IMG/VR virus record: IMGVR_UViG_3300028412_000004
Location: 1-64,000 of that record
Direction: 5' to 3' (one strand)
DNA from: a virus
DNA: 64,000 nt
The notes under the pieces are model-generated. The model was not told the DNA's origin. It saw only the letters and a list, made by a program, of their open reading frames with translations, and did no database searches. Made by a program: the position numbers and the translations under genes. This document shows positions 8,528 to 16,781 of this stretch, piece after piece (the stretch's first letter is position 1; each line of letters begins with the position of its first letter).

Positions 8528-9183
8528 ATCTTGATTTATTCAGTGGGATCGGCGGATTCGCACTCGCTGCAAAATGGTGCGGATGGAAAACAATCGGATT
8601 CAGCGAAATAGAACCTTATGCAATACGAACTCTTCAATCAAACTGGCCAACCGTCCGAAACCACGGAGACATCTGCAAAATGCGAGGTGTCGAATGTGAC
8701 ATCATCACGGGAGGATTCCCGTGCCAGCCATACTCCGTCGCAGGGAAAAAACTCGGATCAAGTGACCCTCGCAACCTCTGGCCTCAGATGCTTAGAGTCA
8801 TCCGAGAATCAAGACCCGCTTGGGTTATTGGCGAGAACTCTCCTAACATCCGAACGATGGCACTCGACAAGATCATCTCTGACTTGGAGGCGGAAGGCTT
8901 CTCCTGCCAAACATTTGATATACCAGCTTGCGGCGTCGGGGCATGGCACAAGCGATCCCGATACTGGGTTGTGGCCTACTGCGAGCGTAACGACAACAGG
9001 GGGGCGACTGTCCTCGGTGGAGGGTCGGGAAACAAGAAGAAATTACAGAGATGGGGGCTGGCGAAAATGGCTACGGGGATAGTGAACCCGCAGTGGCTAG
9101 AATGGTTCATGGGGTACCCAACCAATCACACCGCTTGCGAGGACTCGGTAACGCAATCTTCCCCCAAGTCGCCTACGAAATAA
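8449..9183 (+). CDS. C5-cytosine DNA methyltransferase, motifs I-VIII plus IX-like; motif X lies in another frame
   Basis: DLFSGIGG, GGFPCQPYS, GENS, HKRSRYW, NPQWLEWFMGYP. Confidence 0.9.
   Translation: MTTAPKSSDLANDSFAVAIGQQRLVRHLDLFSGIGGFALAAKWCGWKTIGFSEIEPYAIRTLQSNWPTVRNHGDICKMRGVECDIITGGFPCQPYSVAGKKLGSSDPRNLWPQMLRVIRESRPAWVIGENSPNIRTMALDKIISDLEAEGFSCQTFDIPACGVGAWHKRSRYWVVAYCERNDNRGATVLGGGSGNKKKLQRWGLAKMATGIVNPQWLEWFMGYPTNHTACEDSVTQSSPKSPTK
8618..9082 (+). CDS. alternative-frame ORF inside methylase (beta-polypeptide-like)
   Basis: 154 aa in +1 frame with ...SLTWRRKASP...GLWPT pattern; translation uncertain. Confidence 0.45.
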   Translation: MQYELFNQTGQPSETTETSAKCEVSNVTSSREDSRASHTPSQGKNSDQVTLATSGLRCLESSENQDPLGLLARTLLTSERWHSTRSSLTWRRKASPAKHLIYQLAASGHGTSDPDTGLWPTASVTTTGGRLSSVEGRETRRNYRDGGWRKWLRG

Positions 9184-9242
9184 TGCGCGGAATTTCTCTG
9201 ACGAACGCTGAGCTTTCGCACAAGGAACGCCGCTGCGAATAG
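9051..9242 (+). CDS. methyltransferase C-terminal segment (motif X)
   Basis: RMVHGVPNQSHRLRGLGNAIFPQVAYEI; frame open from 8991. Confidence 0.7.
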   Translation: MGAGENGYGDSEPAVARMVHGVPNQSHRLRGLGNAIFPQVAYEIMRGISLTNAELSHKERRCE

Positions 9243-9255
9243 CGGTCGGTTTTTT
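9200..9255 (+). other. attC-like site 9 (shortened)
   Basis: GACGAAC; TTCGCA/TGCGAA; GTT at 9249. Confidence 0.55.
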
Positions 9256-9276
9256 GAGCTTTAACCAAACAAAACT

Positions 9277-9750
9277 ATGATACAAATAACCAAATCCGCC
9301 ACCGCAGACACACGGACCTGCGACTTCGCCAACACCGACAAGGAAACACTCCTCACCTCCAGCCGCACTCATATCAGTGACGTTGTAAAGGCTATGGCGT
9401 TCTTCATCGCCAAGCTCACGGAAGCAGCCGGGGAGCATGACTACGACAAGTTAACGGCCATCGACTGGTTCCATGAGGACTTTGTGACAGGCTTTAAGGA
9501 AACGGGATGGTGGGACAATCACCGGAAAATCCACCGCCACCATCTCGCGAAAGCGGACGGTGTGCCGGAAGACGTGAACCTGCTGGACGTGATCGAATAC
9601 ATCTCCGATTGCGTCATGGCTGGGATGGCTCGCAACGGAGAAGTCTATGACCCGGTCGCATCACCCGAGCTGTTGGAGCGAGCCTTCAAAAACACGGTTG
9701 CTATGCTGCAGGAGGAAGTCGTGGTCTCTGATTCGGAGCTGTCATCGTAA
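9277..9750 (+). CDS. conserved phage protein, His-rich, possibly HD-like (DUF5662-like)
   Basis: HDYDK...HRKIHRHH...DVIEYISD. Confidence 0.55.
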   Translation: MIQITKSATADTRTCDFANTDKETLLTSSRTHISDVVKAMAFFIAKLTEAAGEHDYDKLTAIDWFHEDFVTGFKETGWWDNHRKIHRHHLAKADGVPEDVNLLDVIEYISDCVMAGMARNGEVYDPVASPELLERAFKNTVAMLQEEVVVSDSELSS

Positions 9751-9814
9751 ATGGATGGCTACTACGCATCACCACCAACCATTAAAATAAACACTAAATT
9801 GAACTTGGAACGGG

Positions 9815-9845
9815 CAGTCGGTTGGTCTGCGCCGCCTTGTTCGCC
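9815..9845 (+). other. attC-like right arm, last site of array
   Basis: GGTTGGTCTGCGCCGCCTT-GTTCGCC; left arm decayed near 9727 (GATTCGGAGCTG). Confidence 0.5.
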
Positions 9846-9853
9846 TTATTATT

Positions 9854-10126
9854 ATGAACAACTTAGAAACATGTGAATTTATAGAAGCTACCTCCATTGT
9901 CCCGCGTGAGTGGGATATGTGGTTCTGGGCTTTAATTAGCGTTAACGCTCCGTTCAGCTGGGGCGACAACAACCGCTCTATGGTGACGGCCAGTGATTTC
10001 CGGCGACACTGTGATGATCGCCTTCTTGACGCAGCCGACGACGAAGACGTCTCTCAGGGAGCCATAGACAGCTTCTTGAAGCGTCTTGAAGATCTTGAAG
10101 AGACCTACATTGATCTGGAAAATTAA
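9854..10126 (+). CDS. hypothetical protein, paralog of C-terminal part of 12943..13446
   Basis: FSWGDNNRS...TYIDLEN shared. Confidence 0.7.
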   Translation: MNNLETCEFIEATSIVPREWDMWFWALISVNAPFSWGDNNRSMVTASDFRRHCDDRLLDAADDEDVSQGAIDSFLKRLEDLEETYIDLEN

Positions 10127-10158
10127 CTCTGCCGGATGCGGCGTTGGAAAATATACAC

Positions 10159-10632
10159 ATGAATAAAGAAAAAACAAATAGGACCCAGGCGCTGGCTAGG
10201 CTTCAAATCCAGATTGCGGATTGGATAGGCGATCACCTCGGCGAGCACCCGCACCACCGCGATGCTGCTGCGCTCGCTATGGCACGTGTGGCTTTAGCGG
10301 CGTGGGAAAATGACCGGGGCAGATATCCATCACCTAAGAAAGATAATAGTAAACGACTGCGGGAGTGGAGTATGGAAGCATATGGGCCGAAGGATGCCTT
10401 ACGCTCATCCTTACTCGCATCCTCCTATCTAAAACAGGTGGCGGACGCATATGAAGCAGATTTCTGCCGCAACCTATGTTACAAGCCTCAATCTATAAGG
10501 GTGGAGGTCGACAAGGTCCTACAGCATGTCAAATCCTGGCAAGAGTTCTTCAAAGAAACCTACACCACGGAGCACGCTGTATACAATCTGCACTTCTGCT
10601 ACATAACTGATGTAGCAGAAGAATCAAAATAA
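10159..10632 (+). CDS. hypothetical protein
   Basis: ATG 10159, in frame with TTG ORF 10144. Confidence 0.6.
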   Translation: MNKEKTNRTQALARLQIQIADWIGDHLGEHPHHRDAAALAMARVALAAWENDRGRYPSPKKDNSKRLREWSMEAYGPKDALRSSLLASSYLKQVADAYEADFCRNLCYKPQSIRVEVDKVLQHVKSWQEFFKETYTTEHAVYNLHFCYITDVAEESK

Positions 10633-10805
10633 AATTATGAACACAAAACAGAAAGAACTATGAAATTATCCGCGCGCTGGAAAATCAGCTTAGACCTGGT
10701 CCCGTATTACTTCACTTACAAGGACGGCACGCGGACTGCCGCGGATTTCACCGCCTTCGACTTGAAGATCAAAACGAGGTTTAAGCAGAGGCAAGACAAG
10801 TAATT

Positions 10806-12134
10806 ATGGCTACAACCAATATCACACTAAGTAAGGAGCAGGAGATGGTAGGGGAGATGGCGCGCAAAGGAGACAATCTCTTCATCACAGGCTCCGGCGG
10901 CGTCGGCAAGACCGCCCTACTACAGCACATGATCCGAAAGACACTCGGACACCTCAACGTAGAGGTGACAGCCCTTACCGGCGTAGCAGCTCTACCGATC
11001 GGCGGGACAACGCTCCACAGCTTCCTAGGGATACGTCCAGGCGACTACACCCCGGAGGACTATGTCTGGCAGGCCCGCGCAAAGAAACAAGCCAAACAGC
11101 GTATGCGAAACGCAGAGGTCCTGGTCATCGACGAGATATCGATGTGCGATGCTCAGCTACTCAACGTGGCCGACTTCGTGCTGAAATCTATCCGTGACAG
11201 CACCGAACCATTCGGCGGCGTCCAGCTCATCCTACTCGGCGACTTCCTGCAACTCCCACCCCCGGAGAAGGACTACACGCTGTGCTACGAAGCTCAGGCG
11301 TGGCGACAAGCGAAGATAAGAATCTGCGCCCTCAGGCAAGTGTTTCGGCAGGAAGACGAGGAGCTTATCGGACACCTAAACGCAGTCCGCATGGGCTCTA
11401 TCGGCACGGATACGACGATCTACTTCCAGCAGTTCGTACGCAAACCACAACCCGACGACCTCGTGACAGAGCTCTACGCCCATAACTCCGACGTCAATCG
11501 CCGGAACGCGGAAGAGCTCGCCAAGTTGCCTACGAATCTGCGTACCTACACGGCTCTCGACGAGGGTAACCCCTGGGCGATGAAGTTCCTGCAAAAGAGC
11601 TGCATCGCACCGACCGAGTTAGAACTCAAAGTCGGTGCTCGGGTAATGCTCCTGAAAAACCGCCCAAAGGAAGGCCTCTTCAACGGATCGATCGGCACAG
11701 TCGTCAAGCTGGAGCACGACCACGTCGTGGTAAACTTCCGCGTACGTGGAAGGCTAACAGACGTGAAGATAGGCACAGACACATGGGAATACATTGCTCG
11801 GGGAATCAGGGAGGCGTCGCGTGAGCAGATACCGCTACGGCTGGCCTACGCGCAGACGATCCACAAGTCGCAGGGACAGACACTACAAGCTGCCTACGTC
11901 GACATGGATAAGATCTTCGCACAAGGCCACGGATACACCGGGCTGAGCCGTATATCGAGGCCTGAGGGGCTGCACCTCTCCGGCTTCAACAGCCTCATGG
12001 TGAAAACCTGCGCCCGGACGGTGGAGCTATACCAGCTGATAGATAAAAAAGAGCCTGGCTTCTGTCTAGTAGACACGGATGCCAGCGTTAAACTGAAAGA
12101 AACCTATAAACACCCGGAGCAGCACATGGTCTAG
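10806..12134 (+). CDS. Pif1-family SF1B DNA helicase
   Basis: GSGGVGKT, VIDEISM, GDFLQLPP, QVFRQ, QIPLRLAYAQTIHKSQGQTL, YTGLSR. Confidence 0.95.
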   Translation: MATTNITLSKEQEMVGEMARKGDNLFITGSGGVGKTALLQHMIRKTLGHLNVEVTALTGVAALPIGGTTLHSFLGIRPGDYTPEDYVWQARAKKQAKQRMRNAEVLVIDEISMCDAQLLNVADFVLKSIRDSTEPFGGVQLILLGDFLQLPPPEKDYTLCYEAQAWRQAKIRICALRQVFRQEDEELIGHLNAVRMGSIGTDTTIYFQQFVRKPQPDDLVTELYAHNSDVNRRNAEELAKLPTNLRTYTALDEGNPWAMKFLQKSCIAPTELELKVGARVMLLKNRPKEGLFNGSIGTVVKLEHDHVVVNFRVRGRLTDVKIGTDTWEYIARGIREASREQIPLRLAYAQTIHKSQGQTLQAAYVDMDKIFAQGHGYTGLSRISRPEGLHLSGFNSLMVKTCARTVELYQLIDKKEPGFCLVDTDASVKLKETYKHPEQHMV

Positions 12135-12182
12135 CATTAGACCAAGTGTATTGGGACAGTATCGACGCCGCACCATAAATGT

Positions 12183-12212
12183 TTGACGAGTCCCTGCAGC
12201 TTGTTGTAATAT
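12183..12212 (+). promoter_or_regulatory. sigma70-like promoter
   Basis: TTGACG-18 nt-TAATAT upstream of a structured 200-nt leader. Confidence 0.5.
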
Positions 12213-12218
12213 AAACTC

Positions 12219-12374
12219 TTTGAGCATGACAACTGGTGCTTAAACAAAGATAAGTCGTGAGTGTCTAGCTAGCACGCTTTAATTAGTAAGCTTTTCTGCG
12301 CCGCCATTCGCCGGTGCGCTAACCACGACGCGAATAAATCCAAGACCTGGATACCGTAAAAAGTATCCAGGTCT
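12219..12374 (+). ncRNA. candidate structured leader or small RNA
   Basis: Hairpin 12219-12244; GTCGTG/CACGAC enclosing helix; perfect 12-bp hairpin 12343-12374. Confidence 0.35.
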
Positions 12375-12410
12375 CACAATTTCACCTAGTGCATCTTACA
12401 AAAAAATACA

Positions 12411-12623
12411 ATGAAGAAAAGAACTATAATGAGCGGCATCAGCCGTATAGACAGCGGAACCACACACGGTTACTTCGTGCGCGGTTATAGAAATAGCAAG
12501 ACTTACTCCAAATTGTTCTCTGATCGCAAGATCGGAGGTAAGGGTAAGGCCTTAAAGGCTGCTAAGCTCCACAGGGACGCTATGCACGCCAAGCTGGCAA
12601 AAATACCAAAAATCACCCGATAA
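12411..12623 (+). CDS. stand-alone AP2-like DNA-binding protein
   Basis: GISRID...HGYFVRGYRNSKTYSKLFSDRKIGGKGKALKAA three-strand plus helix pattern. Confidence 0.7.
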   Translation: MKKRTIMSGISRIDSGTTHGYFVRGYRNSKTYSKLFSDRKIGGKGKALKAAKLHRDAMHAKLAKIPKITR

Positions 12624-12624
12624 C

Positions 12625-12936
12625 ATGACAAATAATGCTTTAATACTATTAGCGGCGTGCGCCTTAGCAGGAATTATCCTATGGCTTTCTAGGCGACAAC
12701 TGGTGATACAGTATAAGATACAGGTCCCCACCTCGGGTGGTTGGGCCGATCTGAAACACAAAACTTCCCGCGGTGAATTTGTACCGGTCCTATACTCTTC
12801 GCAATATCTCGCGGAGATGGAGCGACAGGAGCTACTTAACAGCTACTATCGCAATAGGGGTAGGACGGTCCCAGCCGCAACGCCGGAGGATGTATGCATC
12901 TACACATCAGAAACCTGCCGAGCACTTAGAAAATAA
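12625..12936 (+). CDS. small membrane-anchored protein
   Basis: N-terminal hydrophobic helix. Confidence 0.6.
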   Translation: MTNNALILLAACALAGIILWLSRRQLVIQYKIQVPTSGGWADLKHKTSRGEFVPVLYSSQYLAEMERQELLNSYYRNRGRTVPAATPEDVCIYTSETCRALRK

Positions 12937-12942
12937 ATTATT

Positions 12943-13446
12943 ATGAAAGAAGATAGAAATAAAAACCACTACCGCACACGGTTTGTGCTAAAGTCGGACT
13001 GCAAGGAGTACTGCCGGACGTATTTAGTGGAGGATAGGACAGCAGCGTTAGAGGCGCTTGAGGCCGACCACCCAGGAGACGTATCCTGGGTAGAGACTTC
13101 AATCTTACAAAAAGTCTTTGCGCCTGCTGCAGTCATGCGCGCATGTTCGTTCGTGGAAATCAGCGATTTATTACCCATGTATTGGGCAGAATTATGGTAT
13201 GCTATCCTCGAGAACGGTGCGTTCTCCTGGGGTGATAACAATCGATCCCTGGTGACAGCTAGATCTTTACGAGAGCATATCTCTAGCAGCTTCACATATG
13301 ACCTGTCCGCGCCTATATCTGAAGACGGGATTTCTGCGGTTATCAAACTTGAAGGGGTGTCGCAGCCTATAGTTTACGATGAATTCAAGCTTTTCATGAA
13401 TACTCTCGAGGAGCTTGAGGATACTTACATAGACCTGGAGAATTGA
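12943..13446 (+). CDS. hypothetical protein, paralog of 9854..10126
   Basis: FSWGDNNRS...TYIDLEN. Confidence 0.7.
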   Translation: MKEDRNKNHYRTRFVLKSDCKEYCRTYLVEDRTAALEALEADHPGDVSWVETSILQKVFAPAAVMRACSFVEISDLLPMYWAELWYAILENGAFSWGDNNRSLVTARSLREHISSSFTYDLSAPISEDGISAVIKLEGVSQPIVYDEFKLFMNTLEELEDTYIDLEN

Positions 13447-13447
13447 T

Positions 13448-14287
13448 ATGCAACAGAACTTGAGCGTAAACCAGATCACAAACCTGCTAGTAACTTCCCG
13501 CCACAAGGACGACCTGTGCGTCACCGAGTGCAAGGATGGGCCTAGTCATGGTAGGATATGCCGGCGGTTCGACCTATGGAGCATGAGACGCAGTTATTCC
13601 CGGCCGGGCTACTTCGGTTACGAGATTAAAGTATCCCGTGCGGACTTCCTGCAGGATAATAAGTGGCCGGAATACCTGCCAAACTGCAATCAGTTCTTCT
13701 TCGTGACACCCTGGAAGCTCATCATGCCTGAGGAGGTTCCGGATGGTTGCGGATTGATATGGGTGTCTAAAAACCTGACCAAGACCTATATCAAGAAGAA
13801 GGCTTCCCATCGTAAGATAGAGGAGCCTATCGCCTTGCTTAAGTATATCCTGATGTCTCGCACTTCGGTGGCTATGGAGCGTGACCCTGGTATGGAACGT
13901 ATAGCACGGATCAGGGCGTGGTTGGAGCAGGAGAAAGAGTTGGATGCGCTGGGGTATGACGTAGCCCGCAGATTTCAGGACTTCGTTCAGGTCCAGAAGA
14001 ATGAGAATTCTAAACTGCTTATAGAGCTTGAGTCCCTGAAATCTGTGAAGGAGTTCTGGTTAAAAGAACTCGAAGGAGATCCGGCAGACTTGCGTGCGCG
14101 TTATGGATTTTTGGTACGTCGACGCAACGAGGAAAGACTGTATAAGTTGAAGGAACTGATTCCTAAAACTCTGATACAAGAACTAAACAAAGCTGAGCAA
14201 CTGCTTAGCCACTTGGATAACCTACGCCCTGCACTAAAGGCGATTAAAGAATACACACCAACACCACTAAAAAATAATGGAAGTTAA
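13448..14287 (+). CDS. MmcB-like PD-(D/E)XK nuclease with coiled-coil tail
   Basis: RRFDLW...YEIKVSRADFLQDNKWPEYLPNCNQFFFVTP. Confidence 0.7.
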   Translation: MQQNLSVNQITNLLVTSRHKDDLCVTECKDGPSHGRICRRFDLWSMRRSYSRPGYFGYEIKVSRADFLQDNKWPEYLPNCNQFFFVTPWKLIMPEEVPDGCGLIWVSKNLTKTYIKKKASHRKIEEPIALLKYILMSRTSVAMERDPGMERIARIRAWLEQEKELDALGYDVARRFQDFVQVQKNENSKLLIELESLKSVKEFWLKELEGDPADLRARYGFLVRRRNEERLYKLKELIPKTLIQELNKAEQLLSHLDNLRPALKAIKEYTPTPLKNNGS

Positions 14288-14408
14288 AAATAATGTTATA
14301 GTGTTAAAATCACTAGCGGATGCCATTGAACACAACTTAACAGCTCGCTCAAGTACAGACGCGGCTCGCGCTGCATAAGGTGCACAACTAGGAGGACATT
14401 TAAAAACG

Positions 14409-14711
14409 ATGCGTGATAACTTTGAGTCACTGTTAGCGGTATCCACAGCCAACATTAGGGAACTGGATGGTATCCTGGTTGGACAGCGAGGCGCTCCATG
14501 CCGTGTAGCCGAGCACGACAATAAATACGGAACGCTGTTTGACTGTGCAAGTATGCAGGACACCTGCGTCGAGGAGGAGTTAAAGAATCACGGATTCTCC
14601 AAGGAGTTTTGTAAGATCATGAAGGACGCCTATAATTTAGGCTGTGCCTGGGTTTACTTCGACAAAGATGCCGAAGAACTCCCGAAAGAATACCCAACAT
14701 TCAACTGGTAA
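14409..14711 (+). CDS. hypothetical protein (possible N-terminal extension from 14277 broken by TAA)
   Basis: In frame with ATG 14277; single stop at 14376. Confidence 0.55.
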   Translation: MRDNFESLLAVSTANIRELDGILVGQRGAPCRVAEHDNKYGTLFDCASMQDTCVEEELKNHGFSKEFCKIMKDAYNLGCAWVYFDKDAEELPKEYPTFNW

Positions 14712-14718
14712 AAAAACA

Positions 14719-14982
14719 ATGACATGTGGAAACTGTAATTGCCCAGCCTGTGTTCAGGCTAGAGAGCTCAAGAAAGAGAATATAAGGAAGCACGCTTTGG
14801 AGTTGTTCGAGCAGAATCGACCAGCTGCGGCCGACCTATTAGAGGAAAAGTTAGAGGATGGACACATTGAAGAGTCTGACATGCAAAGTATCCTGGAAGA
14901 GTTAGGGGAGATCGGGGCGAGTCGCCGAGACCCCACTTTCGCGGAGCATGTGGATGAGATATACTATCACAATAAAAACTAA
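14719..14982 (+). CDS. hypothetical protein with N-terminal CxxCxCxxC
   Basis: MTCGNCNCPAC. Confidence 0.6.
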   Translation: MTCGNCNCPACVQARELKKENIRKHALELFEQNRPAAADLLEEKLEDGHIEESDMQSILEELGEIGASRRDPTFAEHVDEIYYHNKN

Positions 14983-15491
14983 TGAAAAAACACACTGAAG
15001 CAGACCAATCTCCTAACAACCCATCGGTTGTAGCAAAGGTTACGTTCGAGTATGATTTCTCTGAGCTGGTATTCGACGCCAACGATCAGAGGGAACGTGA
15101 GGGCGAGGAGCCTATGACAGAGGCCGAGATACGGGAGTTTATCGTAGACGACTTGAGCGACTTTGATTTCAGGTCGACTGTTGAGCGGCTACCGATCGAG
15201 ATTACACTCGATGGAGGTAGTGCAGTTCCTGCAGTTTCTGCAACAACTGAAGACTCTCACAGGCACGCACTTTCCTACATCCCGTGTAAACTCAATAGAG
15301 AGGGTGGGAACTTTAAGATCATCCTGTTTAACACCAACGAGGGCCAGCTCCCGAACGAGCTGGAGGAACTGGACTACTGGAACGCAGGACACCCAGAGTA
15401 TCCGAGGGCAGATTGGAGGCTTGAAGTTCTGGAAGGCAATACCCTACTTGGTTATTGGCACTGGGCTGCAATCCGTCAAGATGAGGATTAG
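14982..15491 (+). CDS. acidic hypothetical protein
   Basis: TAATG coupling; C-terminal HPEYPRADWRLEV...LGYWHW. Confidence 0.65.
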   Translation: MKKHTEADQSPNNPSVVAKVTFEYDFSELVFDANDQREREGEEPMTEAEIREFIVDDLSDFDFRSTVERLPIEITLDGGSAVPAVSATTEDSHRHALSYIPCKLNREGGNFKIILFNTNEGQLPNELEELDYWNAGHPEYPRADWRLEVLEGNTLLGYWHWAAIRQDED

Positions 15492-15517
15492 GAGTTAATA
15501 AATTAGGTGTAAACAAC

Positions 15518-15593
15518 GGGCTCGTAGCTCAGCGGTTAGAGCAGAGAACTCATAATTCTTTGGTCGCGAGTTCGAATCTCGCCGGGCCCACCA
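15518..15593 (+). tRNA. tRNA with CAT anticodon, non-initiator (Ile2 or elongator Met)
   Basis: 76-nt cloverleaf, paired G1-C72, anticodon loop CTCATAA, TTCGAAT T-loop, encoded CCA; C4:G69 favours Ile2. Confidence 0.95.
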
Positions 15594-15621
15594 CACGAAT
15601 ACCAACAACAGAACTGTAAAA

Positions 15622-16233
15622 ATGAGTGAAGAACAATACAAAGGATACGTTATAAAGATAGAAGTAGACGACTGCGCCACCGATCCCTCCGAATGGGGAG
15701 ATGGGATACTAATAACCCACATGGCTGGAAGTCGTTACATACTCGGTAATACTCCAGTCTCAGACCCAGTACGATGGCGGGCCGACCGCTTAGCCGAGCT
15801 TCGCAGGGAAAGCCCTAAGACGAAGAAAGCAGATCTCATGTTCGAGTACCCGGTGTATGCATTAGTACACAGCGGGGTAGCTCTTTCGATGCATCCGTTT
15901 TCATGTCCTTGGGACAGCGGCCAGAGTGGCGTAATCTCTATAAGCCGGAAACAGGCTAAGGAATGTTTTCCGAGTATCAGAACGCGCGCTGCGTTGGAGG
16001 CGAAAGTTAGGGAGTTACTGGCTGGTTTTTTAAAGACGTTCAACCAGTACATCTCAGGAGAGGTGTATTCATACACTATAGAGGACCCTGAGGGTGAATC
16101 TATTGACTCCTGTGGAGGCTTCTACGGGATGGACTATGAAGCATCAGGACTACTAGAGACTGCTAGAGACGCTATAGACTCTATGCGAACACAAGCCGAG
16201 GAGTTAACTACGGAGGAGCAACCAAGTGAGTGA
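15622..16233 (+). CDS. conserved phage/plasmid hypothetical protein
   Basis: HSGVALSM...CPWDSGQSG...YISGEVYSYTIED...DSCGGFYG. Confidence 0.7.
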   Translation: MSEEQYKGYVIKIEVDDCATDPSEWGDGILITHMAGSRYILGNTPVSDPVRWRADRLAELRRESPKTKKADLMFEYPVYALVHSGVALSMHPFSCPWDSGQSGVISISRKQAKECFPSIRTRAALEAKVRELLAGFLKTFNQYISGEVYSYTIEDPEGESIDSCGGFYGMDYEASGLLETARDAIDSMRTQAEELTTEEQPSE

Positions 16234-16726
16234 ACTGAGAGACATCTTACAGGGAGCATACGCCACCAGTGATAATACTGTACTATCTTACGGGCTAGCT
16301 CCGCACCAGCATGTATGCCACCACGGTACCGGCGAAGTTATAGTATGGGACTTTAATAAAACTATCAAAGCGTTTTATAAGCAGGCATTCCATATAACGG
16401 ACGCTACCTTGGAGGAGAAGGCGGAGCTAGATAAGCTGCACGCGGAAGCGCGAGCCTTATGGAGGAGCAAACTTATTACCCGGGCAGCGTCCATTCCAGA
16501 GAAAGCTTTAAAGTTTGAGCATCTTTATAAGGAGCAGTGGATAGCTAAAGTGAAAGGAGGGAGCGTCACGCTAAGCCCAACCACCCATGGAGTTCGCTTC
16601 ACTTGCAGCTTCGGCGCAAATAGTGACAAGTCCTTTTCAGGCTTCATGCCTGGTTGCGACTTAGAGGATGCTAAAAAATATGTCCACGCCTATTGCATGG
16701 ACAGTTTACCATCAGTTTACAACTAA
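16226..16726 (+). CDS. hypothetical protein
   Basis: GTG start overlapping previous stop. Confidence 0.6.
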   Translation: MSELRDILQGAYATSDNTVLSYGLAPHQHVCHHGTGEVIVWDFNKTIKAFYKQAFHITDATLEEKAELDKLHAEARALWRSKLITRAASIPEKALKFEHLYKEQWIAKVKGGSVTLSPTTHGVRFTCSFGANSDKSFSGFMPGCDLEDAKKYVHAYCMDSLPSVYN

Positions 16727-16781
16727 TATGCTCACACAAACACTATTAGGGAACTAGAAATACAACAAGAAAGGAATAATT

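Larger units (their letters stand above)
3416..9845 (+). mobile_element. integron-like cassette array (cluster of attC-like sites, no integrase in window)
   Basis: About 11 imperfect palindromes AAC...GTT with extra-helical bases on the right arm, co-oriented, one gene between successive sites; each cassette's 5' GTT core is complementary to its own 3' AAC core. Confidence 0.8.

Noticed and set aside
3204-10126. Integron integrase or attI
   Set aside because: No tyrosine recombinase motifs seen in the window; the only recombinase is the IS607 serine enzyme.
12134-12410. tmRNA or ZTP riboswitch
   Set aside because: No tRNA-like ends or tag peptide, and the conserved riboswitch nucleotides are missing; only generic stems.
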